Below, one piece after another: positions 59,424 through 64,000 of a DNA stretch of 64,000 nucleotides. The translations under genes were made by a program, and so were the position numbers. The DNA is from a virus (lineage: Duplodnaviria > Caudoviricetes). The stretch is from IMG/VR virus record IMGVR_UViG_3300021431_000084; one strand, written 5' to 3'. A model generated the notes under the pieces. It was not told the origin of the DNA. It did no database searches and saw nothing but the letters and a program-made list of their open reading frames with translations. The stretch's first letter is position 1; each line of letters starts with the position of its first letter.

Positions 59424-60095
59424 TTAAGTGAATTTATAACCTGTTAATACATACAATGATCCAGAGCCATAATGAGCAAAATTTATACCATCATTACTTG
59501 CCCACATTGGACCATTGGTATTATTATAACCATGGCCTACAAAACTGGTTGTTGATATTAATTCATTTACGTTGGGTTTAACTAAAAATGGACCTACTTC
59601 ATCTACATTACCACTACCAGAAATGACAGATATAAAATCATAATTGTTAATATTTTCTTCTAATACTATATTACTATTGGTACTACCGGAATGTAATATT
59701 GTTTTTGTTATTGTTTTATTCGTGCAATTAAGCCCTTCTATTTTTGAGATGAATGTATCACGATACCATCTGCGAGTAAGTGTGGTTCCATCTGTCGGAG
59801 TTATACAACAGCCTCTAGAACTATTGGATGGACAATGTGGGAAAAATCCCATATATATATTTAAATTATTACAAAGTTCATCAAATTCTTCTGGCGAAAA
59901 TATATATTCCTGATAGTTATAATATACATCACTATTGTTATATAAAGTAACTTTTAGAAAATCATAATTATGATAATCATCAGATAATGCATAAGAAGAA
60001 TCACTATAACCACTACCAGTAAATAATGTTGTTATAGAGAATATAGGCCCAGTATCTCCACCACCAGACTCTTTAACACTTCTAAAATATGCCAT
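59424..60095 (-). CDS. Putative receptor-binding/fibre tip protein
   Basis: 'MAYFR..GGG' N-terminus, two internal 'T.L..G.....L.(D/E)...NYDF' repeats. Confidence 0.55.
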   Translation of the reverse strand: MAYFRSVKESGGGDTGPIFSITTLFTGSGYSDSSYALSDDYHNYDFLKVTLYNNSDVYYNYQEYIFSPEEFDELCNNLNIYMGFFPHCPSNSSRGCCITPTDGTTLTRRWYRDTFISKIEGLNCTNKTITKTILHSGSTNSNIVLEENINNYDFISVISGSGNVDEVGPFLVKPNVNELISTTSFVGHGYNNTNGPMWASNDGINFAHYGSGSLYVLTGYKFT

Positions 60096-60109
60096 GTTTA
60101 GTTACCTCC

Positions 60110-60913
60110 TTAATTAAGCCATCTAAACTTAAAGGAATTGATAGTACCTCTTTGGAATCTGCTACTATCATCTTTTGTACCACCAACTGTTAATGTGTTA
60201 GAGTCGTCAAGTGTATTATCCCAAGCTACAGAATATAAAATCTCATCTTCCATATTGTAGAAAATTAAATTTTGTCCATTTTTAAGAATTCGTATTTGTA
60301 ATGTTGTTAAATTAGCTAATGCAGATATTGTATTAGCGTTAAACATCCATCTTACAGAAGAACTTGTACTTTCATGAATAACACTTAATAATTGTCGATT
60401 AGCATATTCTAAAGACCAACGGTAAACATTGTCAGTATCGTTTATTGTAGTATCTAATAACATTTCCCAATCACGAGTTCTATTAGCTTCACTTCTTAAT
60501 TTAATTCCAGTATCTACATAAGAGGAAGCATCATAATCACTTAATTCATAATCATAAATAATTGGGTCATTATCATTGAAAAATACTAATTTTACTCTCA
60601 TATCAGAAGATTGAGCAGGATATGTTAGTACAGCATTACCACTATTTAATCTATTAGATGTATAATTTACTCCATCAATAGAAGTATATACATCAACAGT
60701 TGAATCTGGCGTAATATCTGCATTATAAATAGTTACTGATGTTTCTCCAGCGGGTAACTTGCCAAGAGCAGTTTTTCTACCTGAAGAGTTTCTATTTTCC
60801 CACTTATCTTCAGTTTCGTTATATGTTACAACTTGTCCATCTGATAAATTTGAAAAATTAACATCAGATAATTTGCTTAATTTTTCATTTTTTTCGGTTT
60901 TTGTCCAAGCCAT
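60110..60913 (-). CDS. Fibre protein with lectin-like C-terminus
   Basis: 'LSDVNFSNLSDGQVVTYN....KWEN' fibre motif, 'YVDTGIKL..FQRGTINSFK'. Confidence 0.6.
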   Translation of the reverse strand: MAWTKTEKNEKLSKLSDVNFSNLSDGQVVTYNETEDKWENRNSSGRKTALGKLPAGETSVTIYNADITPDSTVDVYTSIDGVNYTSNRLNSGNAVLTYPAQSSDMRVKLVFFNDNDPIIYDYELSDYDASSYVDTGIKLRSEANRTRDWEMLLDTTINDTDNVYRWSLEYANRQLLSVIHESTSSSVRWMFNANTISALANLTTLQIRILKNGQNLIFYNMEDEILYSVAWDNTLDDSNTLTVGGTKDDSSRFQRGTINSFKFRWLN

Positions 60914-60929
60914 TTATTTTCTCCTTTCT

Positions 60930-60993
60930 TGCGGCGAGCTGGTCCTGAGAACTTTTTAATTAGTTCTTGAGTATCTCAGGACCACCGGCCGCA
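60930..60993. repeat. Intergenic GC-rich inverted repeat
   Basis: TGCGGC..TGGTCCTGAGA / TCTCAGGACCA..GCCGCA. Confidence 0.8.
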
Positions 60994-61048
60994 CGTTCTT
61001 TAATAAAAAGACTTATGTAATTTCAAGATAATTATTAATTAACATGAT

Positions 61049-61345
61049 TTACGCGGAAGGTAGTCCTGTTTCTGAGCTTCCTCCACAAGCTGTGATTCCT
61101 GCATCATAGTCTATCATCGAAGTTCCAAGAGCGTTCTCCTGTTCTTTATTGAGAAGATAACATCCATCGAACCACTGCGAAAGCGGCATTATCTTTCCCT
61201 GCTCCATCATGGAATGGAAATTACCTGCACCGATTGCATTCTGCACCCACGGTGTAATGTTGTTCTTCTTCTTGCCCGAAGAGAAGTCAATATGCTTGAA
61301 CTTATCGTAAGAAAATTGAAGTTCTGTATATCCCTGTAAAGCCAT
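61049..61345 (-). pseudogene. Truncated homologue of the N-terminus of 43478..45112
   Basis: 'LQGYTEL..NNIT..MPLSQWFDG..ITACGG' aligns by eye with 'IKGHTKI..NMIT..LPIRQLFGG..LVAHAG'; ends at 98 aa. Confidence 0.5.
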
Positions 61346-61350
61346 TCTGT

Positions 61351-61842
61351 TTATCCTCCTGTTGTAAATCCTGTCAGATTGAAAATTTCATAGTTAGCAT
61401 CGTAAAGAGTTTCTTTTGTCGCTTCGGTCTCTCCCCCAATCGCCATCGAGCCTATGAAATTCAAATAGCAATTCGTGTGCGAGCCTGTCCATCCATAGAA
61501 TATTTCTATCGTATCGCCTGCATTGAAATCAATAGCCGTGAAATCATCAAGAGTAACTGTCGAGCTTGTCGGAAGAGCCTTATTGTAAACCTCCGTTCCG
61601 TTCTTCTCTACCGATAGATATGCGTGATTGCTTCCGCAGTTCGTGATAGCGGTCGAAGCCGTATCCATCATAAAAGAACCACTCGAAGTGCAATCTATGT
61701 GTAAAAAAGGCTTGGCAGGATTTAGGTCATACAAGCCTGTCGCTCCATAAGAAAAATGAAGAGCAACCGAAGAAGCTCCGCCGCCGCTCCCCAGATGCAC
61801 ATTCCCGAAAATCGTCTGTCCGTTTATTATTGCTTTTGCCAT
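61351..61842 (-). CDS. Fibre tip/module protein
   Basis: ATG 61842 after AAGGAGG; N-terminal 'MAKAIINGQTIFG' followed by a Gly linker. Confidence 0.6.
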   Translation of the reverse strand: MAKAIINGQTIFGNVHLGSGGGASSVALHFSYGATGLYDLNPAKPFLHIDCTSSGSFMMDTASTAITNCGSNHAYLSVEKNGTEVYNKALPTSSTVTLDDFTAIDFNAGDTIEIFYGWTGSHTNCYLNFIGSMAIGGETEATKETLYDANYEIFNLTGFTTGG

Positions 61843-61852
61843 TTTAGCCTCC

Positions 61853-64000
61853 TTATGCAAGAGTTATAATTTGTTGTTCATACATAATTTGAATTGAGCA
61901 AGGGGTATTATTTAAGTTAGATGGCGCATTAACATTTGCCTGAACAAATAAACCCATCCCGTTTGAACTCACGCTGTATGAATTAGATATCGTTGAAAAC
62001 TTCGCATTATCAATAAGATAAGAACCATCTATCATTCTGATTGTCATCTTTACATCATTTAGAGATATATTCCTTATTCCCGTTTCATTAAAGGGTTTGT
62101 TAAGTGGAATATAAAATCTCAAACTTTTAGCACTTGAAGTAATGTAGCCTGCCGAGACAATTCCAGCTATTAACACATTGTCTCCAACATGATACATAGA
62201 ATTAGATAGTAATTCCGCTATCTGCCCATTTGCATCAGCAATCCCTTCATCTATTGTTCTTGTATCTGTACTCGATACTTGTATATCTTCTCCTGTCGTC
62301 TCTGCATTGGTCTGAATGTAAATAGTGCCGTTATTCTTCTCGGCTGTTGTTAGTGCTTCGTACTGTGCTGTCGTCAATTCTTTGACGGGATGATACTCTT
62401 CATCGAGGCAATACATTTTCGCATTATCGGTTATCTTATAAATCGAACCATTCATCTTCTCAACCGATGTGAGAAGGTCATATTCAGCTTGTGTTTTTTG
62501 GATTACTATTTTACTAAGTGCTTGTGTTACTGACTGATTACCATTGATTGTCAAATCGCCAGCGAGTACCTCATTACCTTGCCAGTCAAGTGTACGAGCG
62601 TTGGAAAGATTCTTACCATCAATACCATTACCGACTATTTCTACATATGTACCCTTTTCAGTAGCAGGATTAGTAGATTCGTCTAATATATTACATGTAC
62701 CAAATACATGCTGAGCATAGTGAGTGGCAGTTGTATTGTACCCTTCAGCATGAGATAAATCACCACTTGCGGTTGTATAATTTCCTTCAGCATGTGAATT
62801 ACTACCAGAAGCAGTTGTACTTTGTCCTTCAGCATGAGAACTAATACCAGTTGCATGCGTACCATAACCTTCTGCGTGAGCATAATTTTTAGTAGCTGTG
62901 GTAGCTGCACCCTCTGCATGAGAATCAGTCCCGGAGGCAGTTGTATTAGATCCTTCAGCATGAGAAGATTCACCAGAAGCAGTGGTATAAATGCCTTCAG
63001 CATGAGAATTAACCTGAAAGGCTTTGGTATAATATCCTTCTGCATGGGCTCTTTGATAAGTAGCCTGTGAATAATAACCTTCTGAATGAGAATAATCTCC
63101 AGAAGCAGTGGTACCAACACCTTCTGCATGAGAACAAACACCAGAAGCAGTAGTATTATAACCTTCAGCATGAGCATTTTCCGCGTTAGCTTGAGAACTA
63201 CTACCTTCTGCATGAGAGTAGTTGCCTAAAGCAATGGTATTAGCCCCTTCCGCATGAGAACCTTGACCAGAAGCTTTGGTATAATATCCTTCTGCATGGG
63301 AGCTTTGACCAGAGGCAGTAGAATTTTGACCTTCAGAGTGTGCAGCAGTTTGTGTTGTTGTAGTGTAACTTCCTTCTGCATGACTATATTGTCCTTTTGC
63401 AGTTGAATTTCCTTCAGAGTGAGAATATGTCCCTTCTGCTTTACTATAATTTTCAGCGTGAGAGGATCCTCCTAATGCTTGAGAACTACTACCTTCTGCA
63501 TGAGAGTAGTCACCCACTGCCACAGTACGATAGCCTTCTGCGTGAGAACCCTGGCCAGGAGCATTAGTTTCACAACCTTCTGCATGAGCATAAGGTTTAG
63601 AAGCAGTTCCCTTACCCTCTGCATGGGAATAGTCACCAGCAGCTACTGAACTATTACCTTCAGCATGAGAAGAATCACCATAAGCAGTGGTACCACTACC
63701 TTCTGCGTGAGAATTGGCCCCAATAGCTTTAGTGCTATAACCTTCTGCATGTGCATAAGAACTAGAAGCTGTGGTGCTATTACCTTCTGCATGAGAACCA
63801 GTAGCAGAAGCTGTAGTACCGCCACCTTCTGCATGAGAGTAATAGCCAGAAGCCTCATTACCTTCACCCTCAGCTACAGAATTAAGACCAATAGCTGTAC
63901 CGGCTTTTCTATTCAAGCTCAAACTACCACTACCTGTAGGATTAATTTTATCCATCTTATTATTAACATTAGTAAAAATATCAGACAAAGAAACTTCCTG
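61853..64000 (-). CDS. Long fibre/adhesin with YadA-head-like SHAEG repeats (5' end probably beyond the window)
   Basis: About 27 (S/A)H(A/S)EG 13-14-aa repeats, 'SNARTLDWQGN', two 'T.A.Y..L...K.NG..Y' motifs; frame open to the window edge. Confidence 0.8.
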   Translation of the reverse strand, partial: QEVSLSDIFTNVNNKMDKINPTGSGSLSLNRKAGTAIGLNSVAEGEGNEASGYYSHAEGGGTTASATGSHAEGNSTTASSSYAHAEGYSTKAIGANSHAEGSGTTAYGDSSHAEGNSSVAAGDYSHAEGKGTASKPYAHAEGCETNAPGQGSHAEGYRTVAVGDYSHAEGSSSQALGGSSHAENYSKAEGTYSHSEGNSTAKGQYSHAEGSYTTTTQTAAHSEGQNSTASGQSSHAEGYYTKASGQGSHAEGANTIALGNYSHAEGSSSQANAENAHAEGYNTTASGVCSHAEGVGTTASGDYSHSEGYYSQATYQRAHAEGYYTKAFQVNSHAEGIYTTASGESSHAEGSNTTASGTDSHAEGAATTATKNYAHAEGYGTHATGISSHAEGQSTTASGSNSHAEGNYTTASGDLSHAEGYNTTATHYAQHVFGTCNILDESTNPATEKGTYVEIVGNGIDGKNLSNARTLDWQGNEVLAGDLTINGNQSVTQALSKIVIQKTQAEYDLLTSVEKMNGSIYKITDNAKMYCLDEEYHPVKELTTAQYEALTTAEKNNGTIYIQTNAETTGEDIQVSSTDTRTIDEGIADANGQIAELLSNSMYHVGDNVLIAGIVSAGYITSSAKSLRFYIPLNKPFNETGIRNISLNDVKMTIRMIDGSYLIDNAKFSTISNSYSVSSNGMGLFVQANVNAPSNLNNTPCSIQIMYEQQIITLA
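62720..63880. repeat. Coding tandem repeat, about 42-bp period
   Basis: Recurrent CCTTC(T/A)GCATGAGA every ~42 bp. Confidence 0.9.

Noticed and set aside
62683-63867. Alternative-frame ORFs 62683-63213 and 63643-63867 with periodic 'LMQKV' repeats
   Set aside because: By-product of the 42-bp SHAEG repeat read in another frame.
54427-63880. Tandem repeats as a possible CRISPR array
   Set aside because: Repeats are in-frame, degenerate at third codon positions and lack unique spacers; no cas genes.
4600-64000. Plus-strand ORFs in the six-frame track (e.g. 10940-11326, 15086-15541, 21680-22228, 33617-34087)
   Set aside because: Antisense shadows of well-supported minus-strand genes; no RBS or recognisable motifs.
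42250-64000. Diversity-generating retroelement or invertase shufflon acting on fibre genes
   Set aside because: No reverse transcriptase or recombinase in the window, no adenine-specific TR/VR pair noticed, and all fibre genes are co-oriented. It cannot be excluded outside the window.
1-64000. Stop-codon reassignment
   Set aside because: Long conserved genes are intact and densely packed under the standard code, and no suppressor tRNA is seen.

Overview
AT-rich (roughly one-third GC by eye) segment of a large tailed dsDNA phage. The host is most likely an anaerobic Firmicute (Clostridia-like), judged from class III RNR, sigmaA-type promoters, AGGAGG ribosome-binding sites and a PG-binding/SH3b lysin. 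Bases 1-4545 (+) carry two tail/baseplate-like genes and a holin. The rest is on the - strand. It holds a nucleotide-metabolism and bacterial-style replication module (RuvC-like resolvase, dUTPase, NrdD, Gmk, DnaE, Dda/RecD helicase, RecJ, primase, DnaB, Sak4-like ATPase, putative SSB, ThyX, LigA, GyrA/GyrB) with three free-standing homing-type endonucleases. It also holds an endolysin, PIN-PhoH, a structural cluster (42-47.6 kb), many small early-type ORFs, an atypical tRNA-Cys abutting a tRNA-like RNA, and a >10 kb fibre/adhesin cluster. Most notable: (1) fibre genes whose motif pattern suggests a plug-and-socket daisy chain; (2) a fixed-spacing non-sigmaA promoter motif, GGNYA-N8-HAA-N18-YAWAT, at 7 sites; (3) a membrane-anchored coiled-coil GIY-YIG nuclease; (4) a tRNA-like RNA with a possible central pseudoknot; (5) apparent over-representation of GCCGCA/TGCGGC in short GC-rich patches. 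All calls come from reading motifs by eye; no searches were run.
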